A stretch of 64,000 nt of DNA from an uncultured Rhabdochlamydiaceae bacterium (GTDB lineage Bacteria; Chlamydiota; Chlamydiia; Chlamydiales; Rhabdochlamydiaceae), in assembly GCA_963712275.1 (NCBI GenBank), contig CAVQHD010000001.1:1664001-1728000 (forward strand), in the 5' to 3' direction. The notes beneath the pieces are model-generated. The model did no database searches and had not been told where the DNA came from. It worked only from the letters and a program-made list of their open reading frames with translations. Made by a program: the position numbers and the translations under genes. Within the stretch, counting starts at the first letter, position 1. Every line of letters starts with the position of its first letter. Below are positions 10,371 to 19,878 of this stretch, one piece after another.

Positions 10371-10417
10371 AAATTCTCCTCTTGCAAAGATATTAGAAAA
10401 AATACAATTTGAACAAA

Positions 10418-11941
10418 ATGAAATATATTCTGGCCCTTGATCAAGGTACCACCAGCTCACGCGCTGTCCTCATCTCTGAGCAAGGAGTGCTCCACACATC
10501 AGCTCAGAAAGAGTTCACTCAATTCTTTCCTTCGCCGGGGTGGGTTGAGCATGATCCCCATGAAATTTGGACATCTCAAGCAGCTTGCATCACGGAGGTT
10601 CTCGTCAAGGGAGACGTGACTCCTTCTCAAATCGGGGCTATTGGCATCACAAATCAACGAGAAACAACCATTGTTTGGGAGAGAAAAACGGGAAAACCTC
10701 TCATGAACGCGATTGTATGGCAAGACCGCCGGACAACGGAGCTCTGCCAAGATCTGAAACGGCAAGGGTTTGAATCAGTGATCCGAAACAAAACAGGCCT
10801 TCTTCTTGACCCTTACTTTTCCGCGACAAAGCTTCAATGGGTTTTAAAATCGATCCCTGGAGCGCTTGAAAAAGCCCGACGAGGAGAACTTGCCTTTGGC
10901 ACCGTCGATACATGGCTTTTGTGGCACCTAACACAAGGCAAATGTCATGCCACCGATGTGACGAACGCCTCTAGAACCCTTCTCTTCAATATCCACACGC
11001 TAAAGTGGGACTCCGAGCTTTTAGACCTCTTCCAAATCCCCGAGCAAATTCTTCCAACTGTGTTTCCCTCCAGCCATCTCTTTGCGACTTCTTCCAGTCC
11101 GATTCTCTCTTCCCCTATTCCCATTGCTGGCATCGCTGGAGACCAGCAGGCAGCCCTTGTAGGACAAGCCTGCTTCCAGCCAGGCATGGTCAAGTCGACC
11201 TATGGGACAGGTTGTTTTATGCTCATGAATTTAGGATCTAAGCCCGCTCTCTCCAAGAACAATCTTCTTACAACCATCGCTTACCAAGTTGGGGGCCAAG
11301 TGGCCTATGCAATGGAAGGGAGCGTCTTCATTGGAGGAGCTGTCGTGCAATGGCTCCGAGATAATCTTAAGCTCATCGAAAAATCATCCGATATTGAACC
11401 TTTAGCCGCCTCGGTCCCCGACTCTGGAGGAGTCTATTTTGTTCCCGCTTTCACAGGATTGGGGGCTCCCTATTGGGACCCTTATGCACGCGGGGCCATC
11501 GTTGGACTCACGCGAGGATCAACTTCTGCCCATCTTGCGCGCAGCGCTCTCGACAGTATTGCACATCAAGTAGCAGACGTTCTTCAGGCGATGGAAAAAG
11601 ATGCTAAGAGCCCTATTGCAGAAATCCGCGTTGACGGAGGCGCTGTCAGAAATTCCATTTTGATGCAGCTGCAAGCAGATCTGATGCAAGCTCCTGTGGT
11701 TCGTCCACAAACAACAGAGCTCACTGCGCAAGGAGCTGCCTATTTGGCAGGGCTCTCAACGGGCTTTTGGAAAGATTTTCGAGAAATCTCTTCCCTCTGG
11801 AAGGAAGAACACCGTTTTATTGCCAAAATGCCGCAAGCAACTGTGAGCGAAGTTCGGCATCAATGGGCAAAGGCGATTAAATGCGCTCAAACCTGGGAAA
11901 TTCATGAACCTATCCGCAAAGTTAAAGATGGTAATTTTTAA
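10418..11941 (+). CDS. glpK: Glycerol kinase
   Basis: DQGTTSSRA, ITNQRET, TDVTNASRT, GDQQAAL, TYGTGCF; last about 13 codons derive from the adjacent MITE. Confidence 0.96.
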   Translation: MKYILALDQGTTSSRAVLISEQGVLHTSAQKEFTQFFPSPGWVEHDPHEIWTSQAACITEVLVKGDVTPSQIGAIGITNQRETTIVWERKTGKPLMNAIVWQDRRTTELCQDLKRQGFESVIRNKTGLLLDPYFSATKLQWVLKSIPGALEKARRGELAFGTVDTWLLWHLTQGKCHATDVTNASRTLLFNIHTLKWDSELLDLFQIPEQILPTVFPSSHLFATSSSPILSSPIPIAGIAGDQQAALVGQACFQPGMVKSTYGTGCFMLMNLGSKPALSKNNLLTTIAYQVGGQVAYAMEGSVFIGGAVVQWLRDNLKLIEKSSDIEPLAASVPDSGGVYFVPAFTGLGAPYWDPYARGAIVGLTRGSTSAHLARSALDSIAHQVADVLQAMEKDAKSPIAEIRVDGGAVRNSILMQLQADLMQAPVVRPQTTELTAQGAAYLAGLSTGFWKDFREISSLWKEEHRFIAKMPQATVSEVRHQWAKAIKCAQTWEIHEPIRKVKDGNF

Positions 11942-12072
11942 AAGATTTTTTTGTCATCTTTAAAGCCGCTTCGCAGGGCATACTTGAATAAGTAGACCAA
12001 GAAGCGGCTTTAAAAAGGACAAAAAAAGACTCAAAAAGCACCGTTTTTAACTTTGCGGATAGGTTCATGAAT
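11900..12072. mobile_element. Palindromic MITE between glpK and glpD
   Basis: Perfect 27-bp terminal IR ATTCATGAACCTATCCGCAAAGTTAAA (11900-11926 / 12046-12072) plus inner 14-bp IR (11959-11972 / 12001-12014). Confidence 0.85.
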
Positions 12073-13617
12073 CGAGAAAAGCTGATCAAAACACTTGATC
12101 TACCCCAGTGGGATGTTCTCATTATTGGAGGTGGGGCTACAGGACTTGGGGCTGCCGTTGATGCTGCCTCGAGAGGATATAAAACACTCCTTCTAGAACA
12201 ACACGACTTTGCAAAGGCCAGCTCAAGCCGCAGCACAAAGTTGATTCATGGAGGACTTCGGTACCTTCAGCAGGGAAATATCCACCTTGTTAAAGAAGCA
12301 CTGCGCGAGCGTGGAACCCTGTGCCAAAATGCCCCTCATCTTGTCCACCACCTCCCCTTTCTTGTCCCTCTTTACAAGTGGTGGGAGGGCCCTTTTTACG
12401 GAATGGGGCTTAAACTGTACGATATGCTTGCAGGCAAACTTGGACTCGAGCCCTCCCGCCATCTCAATCGACGGCAAACCCTCAAAGCAATTCCCACACT
12501 CCACCAAGAAGGACTTCGCGGAGGGGCCCTTTATTATGATGGACAGTTTGACGACGCCCGTCTCGCTATCACGCTTGCACAAACAGCTGTTTCCCAAGGG
12601 GCAACTGTTTTAAATTACTTTAAAGTTACCTCCTTTCTCAAAAGGAAGGGAACCATCATTGGAGTCCGCGCCACCAATCTAGACTCAGGCGACTCATGCT
12701 GCCTGCATGCAAAAGTTGTCATCAATGCAACAGGGATTTTCTCCGATGAGCTCCGCCGCAAGGACAACTCGAAAAGCCCCTCCCACCTTGCCCCCAGCCA
12801 AGGAGTCCACTTAGTTTTACCTGGCTCATCCCTCTCTTCGAAAACCGCCATCCTTGTTCCTCACACAGATGATGGACGGGTGATTTTTCTTGTCCCCTGG
12901 TATGGCCGTGTCATTGTTGGAACAACAGATACTCCTCTTAAAAAACCGATCTTAGAGCCAACAGCGCAAGAACAGGAGATCGATTTTCTCCTCACTCATG
13001 CAAGCCGGTACCTCTCCACCCCCCCTAAAAAAACCGATATCCTCAGTCATTTTGCAGGAATCCGCCCCCTCATTCGCAAGAAAGGAGCTCACAAAACATC
13101 GGCTCTTTCTAGAGACCACCTCATCACAACATCCTCCTCAGGCCTTGTGACCATCGTCGGCGGCAAGTGGACCACCTACCGAAAAATGGGAGAAGATGTC
13201 ATCGATCAGGCAGTGCTCATCGGCCACCTTCCTCCCCGTCCTTCTATCACAACCCATCTCAAACTCTTTGGCTATGTCGAAGACTTAAATCCTCAAGACC
13301 CTTGCGCCGTTTATGGATCCAACCTTAAAGAAATCAAGCGGCTTTCCAGGTCCCACCCTTCCCTGAAAGAGCAACTAATCCCCGCTCTCCCTTACACCAT
13401 GGCCCATGTTAAGTGGGCCATCCAGCACGAGATGCCTCTCTCCATTGAGGACATTCTCGCCCGTCGTACCCGTCTTCTTCTCTTAAATGCAAGAGCAGCT
13501 CTTGAAGCAGCCCCAAAAATTGCCCACTTCATGGCACAGGAGTTAAACCGTCCCAATTCATGGGTCAAAGAGCAAATTGCCGCCTTCTCTCGCCTTGCCA
13601 AACGGTATTTGCCATAG
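12067..13617 (+). CDS. glpD: FAD-dependent glycerol-3-phosphate dehydrogenase
   Basis: IIGGGATG, SSRSTKLIHGGLRYL, DDARL, GGKWTTYRKMGE, LARRTR. Confidence 0.95.
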   Translation: MNREKLIKTLDLPQWDVLIIGGGATGLGAAVDAASRGYKTLLLEQHDFAKASSSRSTKLIHGGLRYLQQGNIHLVKEALRERGTLCQNAPHLVHHLPFLVPLYKWWEGPFYGMGLKLYDMLAGKLGLEPSRHLNRRQTLKAIPTLHQEGLRGGALYYDGQFDDARLAITLAQTAVSQGATVLNYFKVTSFLKRKGTIIGVRATNLDSGDSCCLHAKVVINATGIFSDELRRKDNSKSPSHLAPSQGVHLVLPGSSLSSKTAILVPHTDDGRVIFLVPWYGRVIVGTTDTPLKKPILEPTAQEQEIDFLLTHASRYLSTPPKKTDILSHFAGIRPLIRKKGAHKTSALSRDHLITTSSSGLVTIVGGKWTTYRKMGEDVIDQAVLIGHLPPRPSITTHLKLFGYVEDLNPQDPCAVYGSNLKEIKRLSRSHPSLKEQLIPALPYTMAHVKWAIQHEMPLSIEDILARRTRLLLLNARAALEAAPKIAHFMAQELNRPNSWVKEQIAAFSRLAKRYLP

Positions 13618-13639
13618 AGGGACTTTTGCGAGCTCCCTC
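13615..13639. repeat. Short dispersed hairpin repeat, copy 2; possible terminator between convergent genes
   Basis: TAGAGGGACTTTTGCGAGCTCCCTC overlaps glpD stop; related to 4658-4682. Confidence 0.7.
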
Positions 13640-13649
13640 CATAAATGAA

Positions 13650-15152
13650 TCAAGATGGGTTGTTGCCTGTGAGAGCGAAATAAGCCCCTTTCACAGCTGA
13701 ATAAATACGGCTGAACATTCCTCGCCATCCTGTAGGTGTCATAAACTGAGGGTCGAATTGAATGATTCCAAATTGTGCAGGTCTATTACTGGTATGTCCT
13801 GAAGATAGCCAGATCGTGAGCTTTCCCTCTGAAAAAAGGACATCTTGAACACGCGCCATTTCACACCAGAGTGGAAAATTATAAATGGCCCCTGTCCATT
13901 CGAACTGCTGGATGCATTTTTTGGTGGGAATATGCCAAAAGTAAAGGGTATGCTCTTGAGGGTTTTTATAGACTAAAATATTGCCTGATAAATGGACAAA
14001 GATGGGATATTCATCCAAAGAAGAGAGCTGCATTGGTTCACCAGCAATTTCTTGAGTGATAAAATGAACAAGCTCTCCTTCTGTGCTTAGGATGAATAGA
14101 GTAACAGCCTGAGTCTGCCAGTAGGTTGTAACGATAAACTTCTCATTCATCTCTTTTACATGAAAATCTACAATTACGCAGCCGTTCTTAGGATTGATAA
14201 GTTTTACCAGATTGTCAATCTTTAAATCCCATTTTTTTCCCAAAGACCCATGACTATTCTCAGTGAAAAATAGAATTTCTTTATTGCTGTAAGCACAGAA
14301 AGAGGAGCCAAAAATTCTAATACTGTCAAACATAAAATTAATCTCATGCTCTACAAGCAGAGGATTGCTTAGATCAACGATTTCATTATTTGAAATGAGA
14401 TGATTGCCTACCTTATAAACGTCCGCAACACACTTCATTTGAAGAGTTTGATAACATATTGGTTTTTCAGGTAAGAGGTCCCAAAAGGAAATCTTTCCAT
14501 TTGCAGTAATAAGGGCAATCTTGTTTTCTGAAATGGGAAAACATTGCTCTATTTGATAGCCAGCCACATTGTCCATAGTATCAGGAAGGTCTCCTAGAAG
14601 AGAAAACTCTCGATTTTTAGTAGGATCCTTCACATTGATAACGATTAATGTATGATTCACCAAAGGTTTTAAGCCTGTTTGTAAATCGAGCTGCAACCTT
14701 GTTTGTCCTTGAGGAGTCAAGAAATAGGTGCTCTCATATTGACCTAAAAGAATGTTGCGGTCAGAAAAAGGGAGCGACGAACTAGAAGATTGCATGCAAC
14801 CGGGAGGATAAAAAGCGATGATATCTTGATCGACAGAAGAGAATACGAACATCCTCTTTATCACCTTCTTTATATTATGTAATCCCCAATGGCTTGGCAT
14901 CGGTTCCCAAGCTGAAAATCGTGGAGAAAGAAAGGAGAGTCTCTCAACGTTATTTTTTTCTTGGACATATTGACTGTAAATAGTTGTGCAATCGGCAACA
15001 ATTACCTTCCAATGGCGACACACTTGCCTGACCTTCAGACAGCTTGCAAAATCTAAGGATTGAAAGATGTAAAGAAGAGGATCATCTGGCACATCATAGA
15101 AAGTGGTGACGGCAAGAGGTGACCTCGCAGCAGGTTCGATTTTTGTTCCCAT
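13650..15152 (-). CDS. F-box domain protein with beta-rich C-terminal region (putative effector)
   Basis: VPDDPLLYIFQSLDFASCLKVRQVCRHWK is a good F-box match; WD40-like strands (GKISFWDL, TLYFWHI); start chosen at ATG with GGGAGG upstream. Confidence 0.8.
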   Translation of the reverse strand: MGTKIEPAARSPLAVTTFYDVPDDPLLYIFQSLDFASCLKVRQVCRHWKVIVADCTTIYSQYVQEKNNVERLSFLSPRFSAWEPMPSHWGLHNIKKVIKRMFVFSSVDQDIIAFYPPGCMQSSSSSLPFSDRNILLGQYESTYFLTPQGQTRLQLDLQTGLKPLVNHTLIVINVKDPTKNREFSLLGDLPDTMDNVAGYQIEQCFPISENKIALITANGKISFWDLLPEKPICYQTLQMKCVADVYKVGNHLISNNEIVDLSNPLLVEHEINFMFDSIRIFGSSFCAYSNKEILFFTENSHGSLGKKWDLKIDNLVKLINPKNGCVIVDFHVKEMNEKFIVTTYWQTQAVTLFILSTEGELVHFITQEIAGEPMQLSSLDEYPIFVHLSGNILVYKNPQEHTLYFWHIPTKKCIQQFEWTGAIYNFPLWCEMARVQDVLFSEGKLTIWLSSGHTSNRPAQFGIIQFDPQFMTPTGWRGMFSRIYSAVKGAYFALTGNNPS

Positions 15153-15266
15153 ATCAACAAATCCTCCCAAAGTTTTGCGAAAAGGTTACGATATCTCCGC
15201 CCTTTCTGCAAGAAAACAAGTGAATTGGGACTGTTTTAAGACTTTTTGCTTGAAATTATTCTTTGG

Positions 15267-15389
15267 ATGTTCTATAAAACACAGATTGCTAAAGAGTCTG
15301 AAATGGCTCGTTCTACGATGTACCATACTCTTAAGAGTAAAAACCCCACAATCAAAACATTAGCCAAGCTTGTTCACGCCTGTATCTAA
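15267..15389 (+). pseudogene. Truncated HTH addiction-module antidote-like fragment
   Basis: Short frame MFYKTQIAKESEMARSTMYHTLKSKNPTIKTLAKLVHACI* resembles the C-terminal HTH of HI1420-type antitoxins; upstream in-frame stop at 15237. Confidence 0.55.
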
Positions 15390-15435
15390 TTTTTGATCTA
15401 TTTACAAACGCAACGGTTTGATGTATAACGAGACC

Positions 15436-15762
15436 ATGTCACTCGCATGGGTCTTTTTACTGCTGGCCGGTTTTTTTGAAATCTGCTTCACCATTGCCCT
15501 CAAATATAGTCAAGGGTTCAGCCGGCTTATCCCTAGCATTATCACCGTTATTTTTATCGTTTTAAGTTTTTTTTCCGTTTCACAAGCGATGAAATCGATC
15601 CCTATTGGAACCGCATATGCAGTCTGGGCAGGAATTGGAGCCGCAGGAACTGTCGTCACAGGCATCGTTCTCTTTGGAGATTCCTATCACATTATCAGAC
15701 TTATCTCAATCATGCTGATCATCATCGGAATTATCGGGCTTAAATTAGCCCACGTAGAATAG
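15436..15762 (+). CDS. SMR-family exporter (SugE/Gdx-like)
   Basis: AWVFLLLAGFFEI, IPIGTAYAVWAGIGA, 4 TM segments. Confidence 0.88.
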   Translation: MSLAWVFLLLAGFFEICFTIALKYSQGFSRLIPSIITVIFIVLSFFSVSQAMKSIPIGTAYAVWAGIGAAGTVVTGIVLFGDSYHIIRLISIMLIIIGIIGLKLAHVE

Positions 15763-15783
15763 TTTGACGTAAGGAGCCTAATC

Positions 15784-16587
15784 ATGGGTCATGTCTTCGG
15801 ACTCATTTTTCTCTATTGGGTTATCAGAATCGTCTTCTGTCGCCCTTCTTCAATGGAGCGGGTTTTTCAGATATTTTTAGCTCTTGTTGCTTTACTCTTC
15901 TTTCTCGCTCTCCCTAAAGCAGTCGTATGGCAGCCTCTTGCTATCAGTGCGCTAATTCTAGCGTTCTCCCTAAAGCGACACCTGCAAAAACACAGCGAAC
16001 CTCTCAGGCTTGCTCCTCTAATCGGATGGCTCTCCCTTTATCTAGTTGGAGGTGTTACCTCTCTGCTGATTCTTGCTTTTCGGTTTCAGGAAGAGCAAAT
16101 CATTGGACGTGTGATCTTAAAAGGAGAGAGCAAGCCAACCTGGATGACATGGAAACCACCGACTGCGCAAGGCATAGAGGGAGCTTGGATCCCTTCCTAC
16201 GGGGTTGAAATTCTCGATGCAAAAGGGAAAAAACTCTTTTGCGATTTGATCCCTGGAGATCTCGTGGGTGTCAGAGCTCAGGTTATTTTAATTGATTGGC
16301 CCTATCATCTTCTTGGCTTTGAGCACCTGTATCGATTAGAGCTTGTTCATAATGGATATGCAACCGCACAAAGACACCAGTTCTTCCCTCATATGGCCCA
16401 TGCCCTCCCTTTTTCAGCACAATTACTTGAAACCGTTTGGAAGCGGCTCTTTTTAGGGAGCTGGAGGATGCCGGGAATTAAAAGCTCGACCCTTGAGTCA
16501 TCATATTTCCCTCTTCATGAGGCCCGCGAGTACGATCTTGTGATTGGAAAGACAGGCTTGTCTGCCCAGCTGCACGAAGGATCGTAA
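15784..16587 (+). CDS. Hypothetical membrane protein
   Basis: 267-aa ORF with AAGGAG RBS, N-terminal TM helices and soluble C-terminal domain. Confidence 0.65.
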   Translation: MGHVFGLIFLYWVIRIVFCRPSSMERVFQIFLALVALLFFLALPKAVVWQPLAISALILAFSLKRHLQKHSEPLRLAPLIGWLSLYLVGGVTSLLILAFRFQEEQIIGRVILKGESKPTWMTWKPPTAQGIEGAWIPSYGVEILDAKGKKLFCDLIPGDLVGVRAQVILIDWPYHLLGFEHLYRLELVHNGYATAQRHQFFPHMAHALPFSAQLLETVWKRLFLGSWRMPGIKSSTLESSYFPLHEAREYDLVIGKTGLSAQLHEGS

Positions 16588-16600
16588 AAACGGGACGATT

Positions 16601-16767
16601 TATACTGCGCCCACCCCAAAAGTGTGAATTTGGGCTGCGCCAAAGCCCCTAGGATCGACGATCGCAAATTGGTTAGTATTAATCCAATACAAGCCAATTT
16701 GCGATCGTCGATCCTAGGGAGCTTTCGCGCTAGCCGAAATTCACACTTTTGGGGTGGGCGCAGTATA
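16601..16767. mobile_element. 167-bp palindromic MITE supplying the sua5 C-terminus
   Basis: Perfect 31-bp terminal IR (16601-16631 / 16737-16767) starting TATACTGCGCCCACCCC and perfect 26-bp inner IR (16647-16672 / 16694-16719). Confidence 0.9.
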
Positions 16768-17682
16768 TCCCCTTACAATCCTTGAAAGACGGTCTCTAAG
16801 AACGACGTCATCTTTACAAACGGCGATGATTTCTTCACACCCCTCATCATCTGCCTGCCTCAGGAGAGCGTAGAATGTCGAAGGCATCATGTGGAAAAAG
16901 GCGGGGTGCGGCTCGCAGCTGATAAAAAAGCGGCTTGCGGGAGGAGAAGAGGCTTGATAGAAAAGCGCCTCATCAAAGGACTGAAATAGTTTCACCTTGG
17001 CCTCCGGCGCATAATGACGATAACGTGTTCCTGGCGAGGCCTTTTTTTCCACTCCTTGAGCTATGGCCACTTCACAGCCTAAAACAGCTGCAATTAAGGG
17101 CAGATCTAAAGACCCATACCGAAGTAAAAGAGGAGGCCCTTCTGCTAGAAAAATCACCGTCGACTCAACCCCTTCCTCTGCCGGCCCTCCATCAATCACA
17201 GCCCCTTTCTCTGCCTGAAAATCCTTTAAGACATGCGCCGCAGTCGTACTGCTAGGTTTTCCAGACCGATTTGCAGAAGGAGCTGCAAGAGGCTCGCCTA
17301 CCTTTCGAATGAGCTCCAAGGCAATGGGATGGCGCGGCATCCGGATCGCCACAGTATCCAATCCCGCTGTCACGCAATCAAGAACATTAGGCTGTTTTTT
17401 CAAGACAATCGTTAAAGGGCCTGGCCAGAAATGGGTTGCAAGCTTCATTGCATGAGAAGGGATTTCTCTTGCTAAAAGGGTGATCGCGTCAAAAGAGGCG
17501 ATATGGCAAATTAAGGGGTTGTCTAAAGGCCGTCCTTTCATTTGAAAGATTTTTTCAATCCCGACAAAGTCAAAAACCCGAGATCCAAGCCCATAGACAG
17601 TTTCTGTTGGAAATGCAACAGGAATACTCTGCCGCAAGAGGGCCACCGCTTGGTCGATTTCATCTGGAGAGAGGAGGTCCAT
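16741..17682 (-). CDS. sua5: L-threonylcarbamoyladenylate synthase (Sua5/TsaC)
   Basis: FPTETVYGLG, KGRPLDNPLI, WPGPLT, APSANRSG, SPGTRYRHYAP; ATG at 17682 overlaps upstream TAA. Confidence 0.93.
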   Translation of the reverse strand: MDLLSPDEIDQAVALLRQSIPVAFPTETVYGLGSRVFDFVGIEKIFQMKGRPLDNPLICHIASFDAITLLAREIPSHAMKLATHFWPGPLTIVLKKQPNVLDCVTAGLDTVAIRMPRHPIALELIRKVGEPLAAPSANRSGKPSSTTAAHVLKDFQAEKGAVIDGGPAEEGVESTVIFLAEGPPLLLRYGSLDLPLIAAVLGCEVAIAQGVEKKASPGTRYRHYAPEAKVKLFQSFDEALFYQASSPPASRFFISCEPHPAFFHMMPSTFYALLRQADDEGCEEIIAVCKDDVVLRDRLSRIVRGYTAPTPKV

Positions 17683-18269
17683 TAACTTAAAGCCCAAAAA
17701 AATGAGAGCACAAAAGCGATTTTAACACCGACTGCCACAAGAAAACGGTGGAAATGCCGGTCGATAAACGCTTTGATTTGAACACCCCACTTTTCAGTCG
17801 CTTTTGCAATAAGAAAGAATCGCATCCATCGAGCCGAAAAAATCGCTAAGACAAATGAAGCAAAAGAAAGATGGCAAGCGCCTGCTGATAATGTAATGAC
17901 CTTATAAGGGACAGGAAGAAACGCCCCTAAAAACACGGCCCAATTTTGCGAAGCTTGGTAATGTTGGGTGATTCGATTAAATGAATCAGATGAAATGAAA
18001 TGATCCAGAATATAAGGCTGCAAAAAATCCCATGCGATATGTCCTAAACAATAGCCAATGACGCCTCCGAAGAGCGATGCTAGCGCTGCCATGAGTGCAT
18101 AAAGGTAGCGGCGCGAAGGATTTTCGAGACAGAACAAAAGTAAAATAGCATCCATGGGAAGAAAAAGCACAAGCTCGAGCAGGAAAATGCAGCTCAGCCA
18201 TAACGGGGCAAAGCGAGAATTCGCTTTGAGCGAGGCCCACGTATAAAGTTTTTTTGCAGCTCCAAACAT
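17682..18269 (-). CDS. YqaA/DedA (VTT-domain) membrane protein
   Basis: LPMDAILL, SLFGGVIGY, FLPVPYKVITLSAG, ARWMRF motifs. Confidence 0.85.
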   Translation of the reverse strand: MFGAAKKLYTWASLKANSRFAPLWLSCIFLLELVLFLPMDAILLLFCLENPSRRYLYALMAALASLFGGVIGYCLGHIAWDFLQPYILDHFISSDSFNRITQHYQASQNWAVFLGAFLPVPYKVITLSAGACHLSFASFVLAIFSARWMRFFLIAKATEKWGVQIKAFIDRHFHRFLVAVGVKIAFVLSFFWALS

Positions 18270-18320
18270 AAGTCATTATTGTACTTGTTTTTTAAGGAGA
18301 AGTCAAAGTATTGTCATGAG

Positions 18321-18641
18321 ATGGTTATTTTAATTTTGATTTATACGGGGCTGATCCTGGTTGGATCGTTGATTGGATACTTTAAAGCAGGAAGCTGCCC
18401 TTCCCTCATTGCAGGGGTGATTTCTACGATTTCTTTAGCTCTTTTCACTTTTCTTTATCATCGTGGGATCAAAGGAGCGGGTTACGGGCTGCTTTTCATT
18501 GTCTTGGCTCTCGACTCTTTTTTCACTTGGCGCTTTATCAAAACAGTTGCTTTAGTTCCTTCAGGCCTTCTGAGCATAATTAGCACTATCTTACTGATTA
18601 TAATGGCCTTACATATCAAAAAGAAGCGCAAGCCGCTTTAA
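18321..18641 (+). CDS. TMEM14-family small membrane protein
   Basis: YTGLILVGSLIGYFKAGSCPSLIAG motif, 4 TM segments. Confidence 0.78.
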   Translation: MVILILIYTGLILVGSLIGYFKAGSCPSLIAGVISTISLALFTFLYHRGIKGAGYGLLFIVLALDSFFTWRFIKTVALVPSGLLSIISTILLIIMALHIKKKRKPL

Positions 18642-18684
18642 AAAATAATTTTACATAAGTCTTTCTTTATTAGTTAATTATTAA

Positions 18685-18713
18685 TTGAAAAATAAAACAA
18701 AATATGCTATAAT
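18685..18713 (+). promoter_or_regulatory. Sigma70/sigma66-type promoter
   Basis: TTGAAA-17bp-TATAAT with extended TG, in AT-rich spacer ahead of 18742. Confidence 0.6.
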
Positions 18714-18741
18714 TATATTTTAATATAATAATAGGATCTTT

Positions 18742-19878
18742 ATGGCTATGAGAGTCGCAATTGGCACTGCTAAAGCAGTTGGCACAACTATTAAAGACGT
18801 TGCTAAAACAGCTGAGAGTCTAACTTTAAATATTAGACAAGGCAAAATGGATTTCCGCGATGCAGCCCAGTCTGCAGATAGATACGGCATGCTTCAATCT
18901 AGTTTTGCCATTACTCAAGGTTACGTCTCTGCGCCCTACTACACCTTGATGGGAATCTCCTATCTTCCAACCCCGGGCGACACTTCCCTCCTCACCTTAT
19001 TTGAAAAGTACGTGCTTGACCCTCTTAAATCAATTCATTGGGGTGCGCTCACTGTTGCTAGAATCCTTGCAGGGTTAGCACTGATCCTTGGTATTTTTTC
19101 TTTAATTGACGAGTCTCTGTCTTGCAGGAGGCAACAGCAGGTCCTGGCATGCCTTGCGGACCTTCCAACGTCCCACACCTCACAGGATGACAAAGAGAAG
19201 TTAAAAAAGGCGCTTGAATCGTTAAGAGCTCTCAATTGTAACCACCTGCTTCGATCTCTCCCTGATCATTTAAAAAAACAGCTCCAGATTTCAGAGGAGA
19301 GAACCCCTTTTAATATTTTCGACGAGTATCTCTTTCAAATAGGTAAAGACCAACCCGTCAATGTTTTCGAACTACTCCATGCAATCCGCACGGGCGTCGA
19401 AAAAAAGCAAAAGATTCATGTGATTGGAATTATTGCTGCTATCTGCAGCATTATTGGAGGCATTGGAGTCTTCGTTGCCTTTCCTCCGCTTCTGATCATT
19501 TTCTTCAGTATCCTTGGAGTCGGACTTCTGATCGCTAGATATATCATTTCCAGCGGATGGGTTGAAAATCCAAAAGAAGGACTTAATTGGAGGCTTTGCA
19601 TTCCTGAGGCTCTTCGCAAAAAGCTGGGGATCGATGTCGATACAGACCTTGAAACAGAATCAAAAACAATCCTTTCTTTTGAACGGTTCTTAGCCTTAAA
19701 TACATTTAATGGGCCCGATTACGATCCAGACTTCGACCTTGCGAAAGTGATTGTGTTGCCCCCCATTTTTTCGCAAAAAGATCCTACAGATTCTGAAGAA
19801 GAACTGTTTGAACCAGGCTTAAAATTAAATACACCTATAGGTTACAATCAAGTTTTATTCTTGCGAAAGTGGGAGTGA
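18742..19878 (+). CDS. Hypothetical Inc-like membrane protein
   Basis: Long bilobed hydrophobic stretch IHVIGIIAAIC...GVGLLIARYII; no recognisable family. Confidence 0.6.
   Translation: MAMRVAIGTAKAVGTTIKDVAKTAESLTLNIRQGKMDFRDAAQSADRYGMLQSSFAITQGYVSAPYYTLMGISYLPTPGDTSLLTLFEKYVLDPLKSIHWGALTVARILAGLALILGIFSLIDESLSCRRQQQVLACLADLPTSHTSQDDKEKLKKALESLRALNCNHLLRSLPDHLKKQLQISEERTPFNIFDEYLFQIGKDQPVNVFELLHAIRTGVEKKQKIHVIGIIAAICSIIGGIGVFVAFPPLLIIFFSILGVGLLIARYIISSGWVENPKEGLNWRLCIPEALRKKLGIDVDTDLETESKTILSFERFLALNTFNGPDYDPDFDLAKVIVLPPIFSQKDPTDSEEELFEPGLKLNTPIGYNQVLFLRKWE

Noticed and set aside
11922..12236. 104-aa minus-strand ORF and many similar short antisense or nested ORFs in the track
   Set aside because: Shadows of well-supported genes on the other strand or frame, with no RBS or motif support.
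15300..15435. Guanidine riboswitch upstream of the SugE/Gdx-like gene
   Set aside because: No paired ACGR-loop hairpins or ykkC consensus visible; the region reads better as an HTH gene remnant.
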